Positions 35,886 through 49,600 of a stretch of 64,000 bases of DNA are shown one piece after another. The translations under genes were made by a program, and so were the position numbers. The notes beneath the pieces are model-generated. The model was not told where the DNA came from. It did no database searches and worked only from the letters and a program-made list of their open reading frames with translations. Each line of letters opens with the position of its first letter. The first letter of the stretch is position 1. The DNA is from Planctomycetota bacterium (GTDB lineage Bacteria > Planctomycetota > UBA1135 > UBA2386): NCBI GenBank assembly GCA_965223545.1, contig OZ245006.1, positions 3,424,001 through 3,488,000 of the forward strand, written 5' to 3'.

Positions 35886-36292
35886 CGGGTTGGCATCTAA
35901 GCCGGATTCCCAGTCTGGCGGATTCTATCGTGGTGGTTTCCCTGCACGACTCAAGACGCCCGCGAATCCAGCAAGTCGCAGCTTCCACTGATGGCTCGTG
36001 CTCGGGACTTCGCGTTCACTCGGTGACGCCGACGGATGCGACCAGGAGTTCCCGCGCTTCGATCAATCGTCGTCGTTCGTGTCGTCATCAGCGGCGTGTC
36101 GGGCGCCGACAATCATCGCCCACGTGACGATGCGTGCCGCCATCCGACAATCGACACCCATCACCGTTGGACGACGACGCGGCGGTCGTCGTGCTCAAAC
36201 TCACCAACGACTGAGAGTCGACGAGAGTATTCGTTCCGCCGCGCGCGCAGATCTTGTGGATGTTGGCTTGCCGCTACGCCGATGCGGGCCGG

Positions 36293-37768
36293 TCACAACT
36301 TGGTCCACACCCCGCCGGCCTCGACATAACTGCCATCGTAGACTGCACCCGCCATGCCCGGGTTGATCGCCGCGGCCACGCTGGTGTATCCGCGGAAGTA
36401 GTTGTTCGTCAGCAGCAGCAAGTCGCTGTCGGTGCCGCTGAACCCCACGCCGCGTTCGCCGCTGGATTGGCCACCGATGAAGGTGTTGCCGCGCACCACC
36501 GGGTTGGGCGTCCCCGGCGAGTGCGTGATCAGCGCCGACCACGACGTGCCGCTGGTGCCGTTGTGCTCGGCGAAGTGGTTTCCCTCGATCACGAGCTCGC
36601 GGGCGGTCGCCTGGATCAACAAGCCGTAGCCCGGGCCGGCGGCGCGATTGTCGCGGAACCGGTTGCCGTGGATGCGGAGCTGGTGGACGTTCTCCGCCGC
36701 CAGGCCGATGTTGTTGCCGGAGATGGTGTTGTCGGCGACGTCGACCGCGCCGGTCGTGGGTTGGGCGTTGCGCCCCAAGAAGATGCCTTCGGCGCACCCG
36801 TGCACGGCGTTGCCGCGGATCGAGACCTCAGCGGCGGCGCCGTAGACGTCGATACCGGGTCCCGTGCAGCGCTGGATGGTGTTGCCCTCGACGAGAGCAC
36901 CGCGCACGGCGTGCAGCACCTGCACGCCGTTGCGGACGTCGCTGATGCTGTTGCCGCTGACGACGAGATTCTCGAGCCGGGTACCGGCAGTCGTGCCGTT
37001 GATACCGATGGCCACGGACGGGCTGTTGCGCAGGGTGTTGCCGCGGATCACGATGTTCGACTCGACGGTTCCGCCGCCGTGCCTTCCACCGGCAGTGACG
37101 GCGACGAACGGACTGTAGGTCCCCGGTCCCCGCGTGAAGTCGGTGGCGTGGTTGCCCTCGACCATGACGTCCGAGGCACCACCGAGGAGAATGCAGGTTC
37201 CGGTGGTCGAGAACGAGCAGTCTCGGATGCGCAGACCATCGGCATCGCTGACGAGTAGGCCGATGTAGACGTTGGTCAGCAAGCAACCGCGCATCGCGAA
37301 GCGCGCCGCCTGGTCGACGTGCACTGCCGGCGCAAAGCCCGCCAGCCGATCACGCCGGTCGATGGTGAGCCCCTCGATGCGGACGTCGTGTGCGCGCCGC
37401 GTCGACGAACCGACTGCGAGCAGCGGCGTGTTGGTCGAGTTGTCGAGCGAGAGCACCGTGGCGGCCCCCTGTCCGCGCAGCGTCACGCGATCGCGCGCCA
37501 CGGCGAGCGTCGCTCCGAACGTGAACGTCCCCTCGGTGAGCTGGATGCGCCCGCCGGCAGCCGGCAACAGGGCGATCGCCTGGCCCAGCACGGCATCGTC
37601 GTTGGCACCGGCGGCGATCAGATCGGCCCCCAACTTGGACTCGGTGCGGGCGTCGGACGCCGCCACGATCACCGTCGCGGAGCGGCGGTCCGGGCGATAG
37701 TCGCTCTGCGCCGCCGGGGTGAAAACGAACGTACTTGTGGTCAGCAGAAAGAGAGCGGTGTTCTTCAT
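36293..37768 (-). CDS. Secreted right-handed parallel beta-helix (pectin-lyase-like) protein
   Basis: Signal-like [47 protein letters not shown]; many (V/I)xGNx(I/F) repeats. Confidence 0.8.
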   Translation of the reverse strand: MKNTALFLLTTSTFVFTPAAQSDYRPDRRSATVIVAASDARTESKLGADLIAAGANDDAVLGQAIALLPAAGGRIQLTEGTFTFGATLAVARDRVTLRGQGAATVLSLDNSTNTPLLAVGSSTRRAHDVRIEGLTIDRRDRLAGFAPAVHVDQAARFAMRGCLLTNVYIGLLVSDADGLRIRDCSFSTTGTCILLGGASDVMVEGNHATDFTRGPGTYSPFVAVTAGGRHGGGTVESNIVIRGNTLRNSPSVAIGINGTTAGTRLENLVVSGNSISDVRNGVQVLHAVRGALVEGNTIQRCTGPGIDVYGAAAEVSIRGNAVHGCAEGIFLGRNAQPTTGAVDVADNTISGNNIGLAAENVHQLRIHGNRFRDNRAAGPGYGLLIQATARELVIEGNHFAEHNGTSGTSWSALITHSPGTPNPVVRGNTFIGGQSSGERGVGFSGTDSDLLLLTNNYFRGYTSVAAAINPGMAGAVYDGSYVEAGGVWTKL

Positions 37769-37862
37769 CGTGTGATCTCCGTTGCGGACCTGATGGGGCG
37801 AGGCCCGCGCGGCGTGACGCCCGTTCTGCGAACGCCGCGGAGATGCAGTCCGTCGGCCCCCC

Positions 37863-37904
37863 AATATTTGGATTGCACTGAAACCAGACTTGGTCCAAAA
37901 TCTT
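37863..37904. promoter_or_regulatory. AT-rich candidate Fur-family operator/promoter
   Basis: AT-rich tract containing TTTGGA-N21-TCCAAA immediately upstream of the fur start codon. Confidence 0.3.
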
Positions 37905-37909
37905 GGCTC

Positions 37910-38341
37910 GTGCCGCAGGACTCCGCCGACCTCCTCCGCCGCCATGGGCTGCAAGTCACGGCCCAACGCCTCGCCGTGCTGCGGGCGGTTTCGGCCCGAC
38001 CCCATTGCACCGCCGATGAGGTCCGGGAAGAGGTCCGCGCCGAGATCGGCGCGATCTCGCGGCAAGCCGTCTATGACGCGTTGCGCGTGCTGACCGAGAA
38101 GGGGCTCATCCGCCGCGTACAGCCGGCCGGCTCCCTCGCACTCTACGACCCCCGCACTGGTGACAACCACCATCACCTGATCTGCCGGGCATGCGGCAAG
38201 GCAGTCGACGTCGACTGCTCCGTCGGCCGCTCCCCGTGCCTTACCGCTGCCGACACCGCGGGCTTCGAGGTCGACGAGGCCGAGGTCATCTACTGGGGCA
38301 CTTGCCCGGAATGCCGCGGCGCGCGCGCGCAGCGCAGCTGA
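37910..38341 (+). CDS. furA: Fur-family (FurA/PerR-like) peroxide-responsive regulator
   Basis: [33 protein letters not shown] and IYWGTCPEC; directly upstream of katG. Confidence 0.88.
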   Translation: MPQDSADLLRRHGLQVTAQRLAVLRAVSARPHCTADEVREEVRAEIGAISRQAVYDALRVLTEKGLIRRVQPAGSLALYDPRTGDNHHHLICRACGKAVDVDCSVGRSPCLTAADTAGFEVDEAEVIYWGTCPECRGARAQRS

Positions 38342-38356
38342 ACCAACCCGTCGTAA

Positions 38357-40735
<2,379 letters not shown>

Positions 40736-40754
40736 GCCTGTTTGAAGACCGCGG

Positions 40755-42065
40755 TCAGCGCTCGATGACGACCTCCGCCACCGGCAGGAACGTCCGGTCG
40801 AAGCGCTCGACGAAGTCCTCGAGCAGGACCCGCGCATCGGGGGTAGGGCGGACCCGGTGGCGGCGACTGCCCACGCGCACGGTGGTGTGGCCGTCGCCCT
40901 CGAGATCCTCCTCGCGCAAGAGCAGGCGGAAGCGCTGGACGCGCTCGACCTCGACGCGCACCACGCCCGGCGCGGTCCACTCGGCTTGGATCCGCGCCGT
41001 CCGTTCATCGACCTGCTTCTGCACCAGCCGGCGGCGGGTCTGATCGTCCGCCGCCTGCCAGCGCCGCGCGTCGATGCGGGGTCTCACCGACTCCCGCACG
41101 GAGCGGTCCAGTGCCAGCACCTCCACCCAAGAGGACCGCGCTTCGCGCAAGACCGCGCAGCGCAGGACCACAGAATCGGGACGCGGGTCGCGGGTCGCGG
41201 CGCCGAGGAACTCGACCCAATCGACCGCGCCCAGATCGAACGCGTGACCCAAGTGCTCGAAGCGCACCCACTGCGCGTCGCGCGCACCCAGCTGCGCCAG
41301 CCGGTCGAACGCGAACGCCAAGTTGGAGAGCAGGCGCGGGTCGTCACCGTCGCCCTGCAGATCGCGCAGCGGTAGGTGGACGATGTTCTCCAGATAGCGC
41401 AGGTTGTTCTGGCCATCGGCGGGGTTCCACCGCGGTCCGCCGATCAACGGCGCCGCCGCCGCCCACCGGTCGGGAAAGCGGGTGGCCAGATCCCAGACGA
41501 GGTGGCCTCCCCGACTGACCCCGGTGAGGAACACGCGGTTCTCGTCGACGTTCCAACGCCGTCGCAGCCACCGCACCGCCGCCAGCGCGGCGTGGCGCTC
41601 GCGGCGACTGAAGTCGTAGCCCTCGTTGCTGCCGGCCTCCGAGGGCGCCAACACCAGCATGCCGAGCTGGTCGGCGACTGCGCGCCAGGGCGCGATCTGA
41701 CGTCGGCCGGATCCACCCGTGCCGTGCGCAGCCAACAGCAAGGGCGCCGGGGTGTCGGGCCGATAGCTCGGCGGCTGGTAGACGAACAGCTCGGTCGACT
41801 CGAGCGCGCCGTCCACCGGCAACTGCGCCTCGTGCCGGTGCTGACCCGGCCCGAACGCCTCGAAATCGCCGAAACCGCGCATCAACTCGATCCACAGCGC
41901 GAGCGTCACGTCCTCCCGCGCCGCGAGCTGGGTCGCCGCGGCGCGGCGCCGCTCCGGATCGGGCTGATCGACCGCCGCGGCGAGCGCGCGCGCGGGGTGT
42001 TGGCCCGCGACCATCCCACTGAGCAGGAGCGCGGCGGCGGCGCTGTCGAGCTTCACCGACACCAC
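40755..42065 (-). CDS. Exported alpha/beta hydrolase (esterase/depolymerase-like)
   Basis: LLLAAHGTGGSG, RVFLTGVSRGG (GxSxG), QGDGDD and LGHAF. Start uncertain. Confidence 0.72.
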   Translation of the reverse strand: MVSVKLDSAAAALLLSGMVAGQHPARALAAAVDQPDPERRRAAATQLAAREDVTLALWIELMRGFGDFEAFGPGQHRHEAQLPVDGALESTELFVYQPPSYRPDTPAPLLLAAHGTGGSGRRQIAPWRAVADQLGMLVLAPSEAGSNEGYDFSRRERHAALAAVRWLRRRWNVDENRVFLTGVSRGGHLVWDLATRFPDRWAAAAPLIGGPRWNPADGQNNLRYLENIVHLPLRDLQGDGDDPRLLSNLAFAFDRLAQLGARDAQWVRFEHLGHAFDLGAVDWVEFLGAATRDPRPDSVVLRCAVLREARSSWVEVLALDRSVRESVRPRIDARRWQAADDQTRRRLVQKQVDERTARIQAEWTAPGVVRVEVERVQRFRLLLREEDLEGDGHTTVRVGSRRHRVRPTPDARVLLEDFVERFDRTFLPVAEVVIER

Positions 42066-42193
42066 CGCATGGTATCGCAGTGCGGCGGCGGCGGCGCGAG
42101 CACGCCAAACGCGCACGATCGCGTACGCACGCCAAGAACAGTGGCGCGAAGGTCGCGCGCATCAGCCCCCGCTTCTCCCGCAAAGGACGACCG

Positions 42194-42775
42194 ATGCGAT
42201 CCGTGCGCGTTCCACTCCTCGCCACCCTCTGCCTTCTGCCGACGATCCACCACCTCTTCGCGACCCCGGCGCCGGCGCCACCCGTGTCCTCGAAGGACCC
42301 GGTGTTCGAGCACCTTCTCGGCACCTGGGACCTGAGCTACACCGTTCGCACCTCGGCGGACGCGACCCCGTCGGTCGATCGCGGTGTCGAGCGACACCGC
42401 CTCGCCGCCGGCGGCTTGTTCAAAGTCGTCGAGTTCGAGGGCGAGATGTTCGGAGAAGCCTATGACTCCATCGGGATCATGAGCCGGGATCCGAACAGCG
42501 ACGAGTACACGACTTGGTACTTCGACAACAGCAACTCGCAGGCGCAGGTCTCGAAGGGCACTTGGGACGCAAGCACGCGACAGATGATCAAGTGGTCCGA
42601 TGGCGCCGACTTCGATGGGACGCCGGGCCGATGGAAGCAAGTCCTCGATCTGTCGAAGCCCGAACGCTATCGACTCACGATGCTGGCGGTCCGGGCGGAC
42701 GGCGACGAGCGCGAGGCGATCGTGTGCGACGCGGTCCGCAAGCCGAAGTCCCGCGCCGGCGAGAAGGATCGCTGA
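42194..42775 (+). CDS. Exported DUF1579-like beta-barrel protein
   Basis: Signal peptide; LLGTWD, LAAGGLF..FEGEMFGEAYDSIGIMSRDPNSDEYTTWYFDN; AAAGGA RBS. Confidence 0.65.
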   Translation: MRSVRVPLLATLCLLPTIHHLFATPAPAPPVSSKDPVFEHLLGTWDLSYTVRTSADATPSVDRGVERHRLAAGGLFKVVEFEGEMFGEAYDSIGIMSRDPNSDEYTTWYFDNSNSQAQVSKGTWDASTRQMIKWSDGADFDGTPGRWKQVLDLSKPERYRLTMLAVRADGDEREAIVCDAVRKPKSRAGEKDR

Positions 42776-43604
42776 CCACGGTCGCCGCCCGCGGTCGGCC
42801 GCGGAACTCCGATGGCGAAACGCCGAACAGTCGCTTGAACGACGCACTGAAGTGCGCGCGGCTGGCAAACCCCAGATCCACCGCGATCTCCACGGTCGGC
42901 TTGCCGGCGGTCAATAGCTCGAGTGAGCGGTGCAGCCGCAATCGCTGCACGTACGCGTGCAGCGTGAGCCCGGTCTCGGCACGGAACAAGCGCGCCAGAT
43001 GAAACGGCGACACCGCGCAGACAGCCGCCACTTCGGCGAGCGACGGGGCGGTCCTCCAGGTCTCGGCCAGGAACACGGCCGCACGCTGCGCGGCCGTCTG
43101 GTGCGCGGCGCGGGTCGCGGGCCGCGCCACACCACGCGACCGTGGGCGACCGCCGGCCAGGGTCTCCGCAACCAACCGCAGCGCCAACGCCCGTACCCGC
43201 GACGGCGCGGCTTCGCCCAGGGCCGCGAGCAGCCGCTGGTGCAGGAGTTCGACCTGGGGCGTGCGCGGCACCACCGACGGCAGGCGGTCGCTGGCCGGCA
43301 CTTGGCCGGTCAACACCGAATGGCTCAGCGCCACATAGGTGCACCGGCCTTCTGGTTGGTGGTGGCGATAGCGGTACGCCTCGTCGGCGACGTAGCACAC
43401 GGCAACCGCGCAGCTGCCGACGACCGTGCCGCGCGGACTCGCTTTGGTCCACGCTCCGGCCCGCGGAAACACGAGCTGGAAGCTGGGGGCGCTCCGCGTC
43501 GAGGTCCATCCAGAGTCCGGCCAGGTCCACGGATGGTCGTCGATCCGCACACCGCCTTCGGCGAAGCGCGTGGTGCCATAGACGGGAAGGTCGCAATCGG
43601 CCAC
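42675..43604 (-). CDS. AraC-family transcriptional regulator
   Basis: SLAEVAAVCAVSPFHLARLFRAETG and EIAVDLGFASRAHFSASFKRLFGVSPSEFR. Confidence 0.87.
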   Translation of the reverse strand: MADCDLPVYGTTRFAEGGVRIDDHPWTWPDSGWTSTRSAPSFQLVFPRAGAWTKASPRGTVVGSCAVAVCYVADEAYRYRHHQPEGRCTYVALSHSVLTGQVPASDRLPSVVPRTPQVELLHQRLLAALGEAAPSRVRALALRLVAETLAGGRPRSRGVARPATRAAHQTAAQRAAVFLAETWRTAPSLAEVAAVCAVSPFHLARLFRAETGLTLHAYVQRLRLHRSLELLTAGKPTVEIAVDLGFASRAHFSASFKRLFGVSPSEFRGRPRAATVVSDPSRRRGTSACGPRRTRSPRARRRPPGPPAS

Positions 43605-43682
43605 CCCTCGAACTTTGACAAACCAGCCCCGACGTCAAGCGGCGACAAGCCGGCGCAGGCGAATCGCCCGCACCCGCGGCGG

Positions 43683-46600
43683 TCAAGGCGCCCGAGCCGC
43701 GCCGCCGACCGCCCGCAGCGCCTGCTGCCCGCCCATCGCGACGACCACCTTGCCGGTGTGCTTGGCCGCGGCCATGTGCTCGAACGCGCGCACCGCGTCG
43801 GTCGCGGCAAACACTTCGTGCGGCAAGGGCGCGAACGAGCCGTCGGCGAACCGCTCGGCCAGCGCCCGCCAGCTCTCGGCGAAGCCCGGCATACGGGGGC
43901 CGATCATCACTGCGATGAACTGCAGACTGTTGGCAAACGGGGCCAAGCCGATCGGCGTGTTGGCGAAGATGTCCTGCGCACCCAGCTCGAGGAAACGGCC
44001 GTAGGGCCCCAGCACTGCAAGACCCTTGGCGATGAACTCACCCGCCAGGGAGTTGAGGACCAGATCGACGCCACGACCAGCGGTGGCTTCCATGACGCGG
44101 TCCGCGAACTCCGTGGTCCGGGAGTTCATCACGTGCTCGATACCCATCGCCCGCAGCGTCGCGCGCTTGGCGTCGCTGCCGGCAGTGGCGTAGATCTCCG
44201 CCCCGCGCCACTGCGCGACCTGCACCGCGGCGAGACCGACGCCGCCGGCGGCGGCGTGGATCAAGACCTTCTCGCCGGCCTGCATCCGGCCGAGGGTGAT
44301 CAGCGCGTGGTAGGCGGTGAGGAACGAGATCGGGATCGTCGCCGCCGCTTCCACCGACAGGGCCTGGGGCTTGGCCGCGACGACCGCGGCCGGCACCGTG
44401 ACATACGCGCTGAAGCTCGACGACGACAGCGCGACGACTTCGTCGCCGACCGCAAAGCCGGTCACTCCTGCGCCGATACGGGCAATCCGGCCGGCGCACT
44501 CCAAGCCGATCTCCGGCACGCCACCGTCCGACGCCGGCATCAGCCCCAGCGCGAACAGCACGTCCTTGAAGTTCAAGCCGGTGGCCAGCACCTCGATCTC
44601 GACCTCGCCGTCGGCGGGCGGGCGGCGCGCGCCGCGCACGAAGGCGAGCTCTTCGAGCAGACCGGGCTCGGTGATCTTCAGCGTCACGTTCGCCTCGTCA
44701 CTCTCGGCACTGTCGGCACCGCCGGCCTGCTCGCCGGCGGCCGCCGCGTCCGCCCGGCGCAGGGCGTAGCCCTCGATCCGCACGAGCTCGGCGCCGCTCT
44801 GGTCGACCACGACGACATCGAAACGGCGCTCGCCGGCTGCCGGACTCGGCTGCTCTTCGATGAAGCTGAACGCCGTCGGTGTCATCGCGCCGCGCACGAC
44901 GACGCGCTCGTAGGCAAACGGCAGCATCCCCGCACCGCTCTCTTCGCGGAAACCCACCGCGACGTCGAGGAGCGCGGGATGCAGGCCGTAGCCGCGGTCT
45001 TCGGCCACGGCCGAGGCCGGCAGCTGCATCTCCGTCAACCGCCGCTGATCCCCGAACCAGACCCGGCGCGCGCTGCCCCACCGCGGCCCGAGAGTCATGA
45101 AGCCGGTCGCCTGCTCGAGCTCGTCCGACGCGACTTCGAGCTCGCGCTCCGCGCAGCGCGCGCGCAGGGCCTGCACGTCGTGCCGCGGCTGCGCGCCGCG
45201 CTCGCCGACCACCAGCTGGCCGGTGGCGTGCTCGCTCAGCTCTCCGTCGGCGCCCTCGCTCTCGACGACGAAGTCCGCAGCCCCCTCGCTGACGGTCAGC
45301 ACGGTGCGCACTTCGCGTTCGCCGTCGGTGGGCACCGACAGCGGCGCCAAGAAGAACACCGAGCGCAGCTCGATCGCGGCGCCGCCGGCCAACGACGCGG
45401 CGGCGTGCTGCTCGAACGCCGCCCGCGCCAGCTCGAGATACGCAGTGCCGACCAACACCGGCTCGCCGTGGATGCGGTGCTCGCCCAACACCCAGTGCTG
45501 CGCCGGCGACAACCGCGACGTCCACACCAGCCGCCCGTCGTCGTCGGTGTGCCGGGTCTCGAACAAGGGGTGGTCGGCGGCCACCGGCGGCGTCGCCAGC
45601 GACGGCTTGCTCTCGGCAGCCGCCGGTTTGCCACCCACAAGCTGGGCCTGCGCGGCGAGCGCCGCGACGTTGGGTGATTCGAGCACCGCGCGCAGCGCCA
45701 ACGCGATGCCGTGCTTCTGCTTGAGCCGGGCGATCATCCGGTGGCCGATCAGCGAGTCGAAGCCGAGCTGGAAGAAATCGTCGTCCCGGCCGATTTGCGC
45801 CACTCCCAACAGCGACTGGACGACGCTGGCGATCGCCTGCTCGACCTCGCCCGAAGGCGGCGCGTACGCGGTCGCCAGCTCGGGGCGCTCGTGACCGCCG
45901 TCCTCCTCGCCACTGGCGTTCGCCACCGCGGTGGACTCGGCGTCCTCGACCGTGTCGGCCGCGAGCCGCGCCGGCAGATCGAAGGTCGACACCAACAGCT
46001 GGGGCAGCCCGGCGTGCACCGCGCGGACGAAGACCTCGCGGCCATCCTCGTCGGACAAGCCCTTGGCCAACACCTCGCGGTGGGCCGCCGCCATCTCCGC
46101 CGGCACGTCGGCCTCCGCCGCCATCCCGGCCTCGCTCCACGCATCCCAGTTGATGGTGACCGCGCGCCGGGCCCGGCCGCGCGCGGAGTGCGCGAACGCA
46201 TCGAGGAAGGCGTTGGCCGCGGTGTAGTCCACCGATCCGACACCGCCCTTGACCGCGGTCACCGACGAGCAGAGCGCGAAGAACTCGAGCGGGGCGTCGC
46301 CGAGCGCGGCGTCCAGCGCCAGGGTACCGCGCACCTTGGGCGCCAGCACGTGCGCCGCCTCCGCCGCGGTGCGGTTGGCGACCAGCCCTCCGGTCGCGGT
46401 GCCGGCCGCGTGCACGACCCCGCGCACCCGGCCAAAGCGGTCGACGCAGCGCTGCACGACGGCGCGCATCGCCGCCGCGTCCTGCACATCCGCCGTCTCC
46501 AAGACGACCGTGACGCCCGCGGCCTCGAGCGCACCGATCCGCCGCATGCGCCGGCTGGTGCGATCTTCATCACCGTGCTGGGCGCGCCAGGCGTCCCATT

Positions 46601-49600
46601 CCTCGCGCGGCGGCAGGCCGCGGCGCGAAACCAAGACGAGCGCGGAACGCGGCGCCTTGGCCAACAGCTCGGCCAGTGCCAAACCGACACCGCCGACTCC
46701 ACCGGTGATCAGATATGCGCCGGCATCCACCCCTTCGCGGTTCCACACCGGAACGTCGGTTGCAGCCTGCGGCGCCGGCACGGCGCCGGGCAGCCAGCGC
46801 AGCCCGCGCCGCAGCGCCACCACTCCCTGCGCGGCGGTGCCCCACTCGCGCACCAGCTCCTCGACGGTGGCACTCGCGTCCGGATCGACCTCGAGGTCGA
46901 CCAACCGGCAGCGGACGTTGGGCTGCTCGGCGGGGATCACCCGGCACGGCCCCAACATGAGCGCGCGCTCCGGCAGAGACGTCGTCTCACCGCAGACATC
47001 GAACAAGCCGCGGGTCACGACCTCGACGCGCAGCGGGCGTTCGTCGCCCGCCTCGGCCAACACCCGACCCAAGAGCATCAGCGCGTAGAAGCCGCGCGCC
47101 TCGCGCTCCGCGAGGGCGTCGAGCGAAGACGCGCCGCTCGCGGCGACCTGCCAGAGATGGATGACGCGATCGACGCCACCGCCCGCCGCGCTCCACAGCG
47201 CGTCCCAGTCCTCGCGCACATCCGCGCGCAGCGTGTACTCGCCTTCGCCGGTGGCCGCGAAGCGCTCGCCGATGCGGGCCACGGTGACCTCGCCAACCCG
47301 GCGCAGCGCTTCGACCACCGACGCCGACAACGGGTCGTCGCCGGCCAACACCAGCGTGCGCGCCGGCGGATCGGCGGCGACCGCAGCCGCGGCGCGCTGC
47401 CACGAGGGCGCCCAGAACCAATCCGCGACCGCCGCCTTGCGCTCCAGCGAGCCGCCCGCCAGGCCGGGCGGGGTCGCGTCGCGCTCGATCCAGTAGCGCT
47501 TGCGCGCGAAGGGGTAGCCGGGCAGCGGCACGCGCCGCGCTTCGCGACCGTGCACCTGCGGCCAAGCGATGTCGACGCCCGCCATCCACAGCCGGCCGAC
47601 CGCGGTCAACAGGCATTGCCAATCCGACTGCTGATCCTGCGGGTGTCGCATCGACGGCACCACAGCGCGACCGCGCGCGCGCTTGCCCTGTTGCCGCACC
47701 AGCGCGCTCAGCGTCTGGCCCGGCCCCACCTCGAGCAGCACCAGCTCGGGATTGTCGAGCACCGTGCGCGCGCCGGTCGCAAACCGCACCGGGTCCCGCA
47801 GGTTGCGCACCCAGTAGTCCGCGTCGGCCCACAGCTCGGGCTCGATCCACTCGCCGGTCACGGTCGACGCACACGGCAGCTGCGCCGGCGCCGGTTGGAC
47901 CCCGGCGACCACGGCGCGGAACGGCGCCGACATCGGCTCCATCATCGACGAGTGGAAGGCGTGGCTGGTGTGCAGCAACCGGCACGGCAGGTCCTGCCGC
48001 GCCAGCTCCTCCTGCAGCTGCGCCACCGCGTCGCGCGGACCGCCGACGACGCACGACGACGGGCCGTTGATCGCCGACAGCGACAGCTCGCCGTTGAGCA
48101 GCGGCTGCACCTCACCCTCGGGCAGGCCGACGCTGAGCATGTCGCCCGCCGGCAGCTCCTGCATCATCCGACCGCGTTCGGCCACCAGGCGCAGCGCGTC
48201 CTCCAGCGAGAACACCCCGGCGAGCGTGGCGGCGACGTACTCGCCGATGCTGTGACCGATGACCGCCGCGGGGCGCACGCCCCACGACTCCCACAGCATC
48301 GCCAGCGCGTACTCGACGGCGAACATCGCCGGCTGGGTGACACGGGTCTGCGACAGCTGGGCGGTGTGCTCCTCGGCGGGCTCGGAGGGATACACGACCT
48401 CGCGCAGATCCAAGCCCAATGGCTCCGTCAACAGCGCCGCGCACCGATCGAACGCATCGCGGTACACCGCGGCGTGTTCGTAGAGCTCGCGCCCCATGCC
48501 GACGTACTGCGCGCCCTGCCCGGGAAACATGAACGCCACCGGTGGGTGCTCGGCGCCGCGCACACCGCTGATCAACTGGCGCGCATTGCCCGACTCGAGC
48601 GCTGCAGCCAGCGCGACCGCATCCGCGCCGACGGTGAAACAGCGGTGCTCGAAGCCGCTGCGGCTGCGCTGCGTCGTCGCCGCGACTTCGCCCGGATCGA
48701 GGTCGGGCTCGGCCCGCAGCCGCGCGGCGAGCGCTTGGCGATAGGCATCCAGCGCCGCCTCGGTCTTCGCCGACAGGGTGACGAGGTGCTGGGGCCGCGC
48801 TGCCGCGCGCGCCGGCGAGGCTGGCGCCTCTTCCAGCACCACGTGGGCATTGGTGCCGCCGATGCCGAACGAGCTGACCGCGGCGCGGCGCGGGGACGCC
48901 CCGCGCGACCATGGCTGCAGCCGGTCGGCGACGTAGAACGGACTGGCGGCGAAGTCGATCTCCGGGTTGGGCTCCTCGAAGTTCGGGCTCGGCGGGATCG
49001 CCTCGTGCTCGAGCGCCAGCACCGCCTTGATCAGACCCGCGACCCCGGCGGCGGTGTCGGCGTGGCCGATGTTGGCCTTCACCGAGCCGAGCGCGCAGTA
49101 CTGCTGGCGCTCGGACTCGCCGAACGCCTTGCTGAGCGCGGCGACCTCGATCGGATCACCCAGCGGCGTCGCCGTGCCGTGGCACTCGACGTAACCGATC
49201 GACGAAGGGTCGATGCCGGCGGCCTGCTGCGCCGCGCGGATCACCGCCGCCTGCCCCTCGACGCTGGGGGCGGTGAAGCCGACCTTGTTGGCGCCGTCGT
49301 TGTTGAGTGCGGCACCGGCGATCACCGCGCGGATCGGGTCGCCATCCTCGATCGCCCGATCGAGGCGCTTGAGCAGGACGACGCCGACGCCTTCGCCGCT
49401 GAACGTGCCCTGCGCGCCGCTGTCGAACGGCCGGCAGCGTCCGTCCGGCGAGAAGATCTCGCCCTCGCGATACAGGTGACCGACGCGCTGCGGTACGCCG
49501 ACGAACACGCCGCCGGCCAGCGCCATGTCGCTCTGTCCGGTGAGCACGCTCTCGCACGCCTGCACGACCGCGACGAGGGACGTCGAGCAAGCCGTGTAGA

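Noticed and set aside
42675..42775. 101-bp convergent overlap of the AraC and DUF1579-like genes as a functional antisense system
   Set aside because: The AraC tail beyond the HTH is low-complexity read-through, which is common in high-GC genomes.
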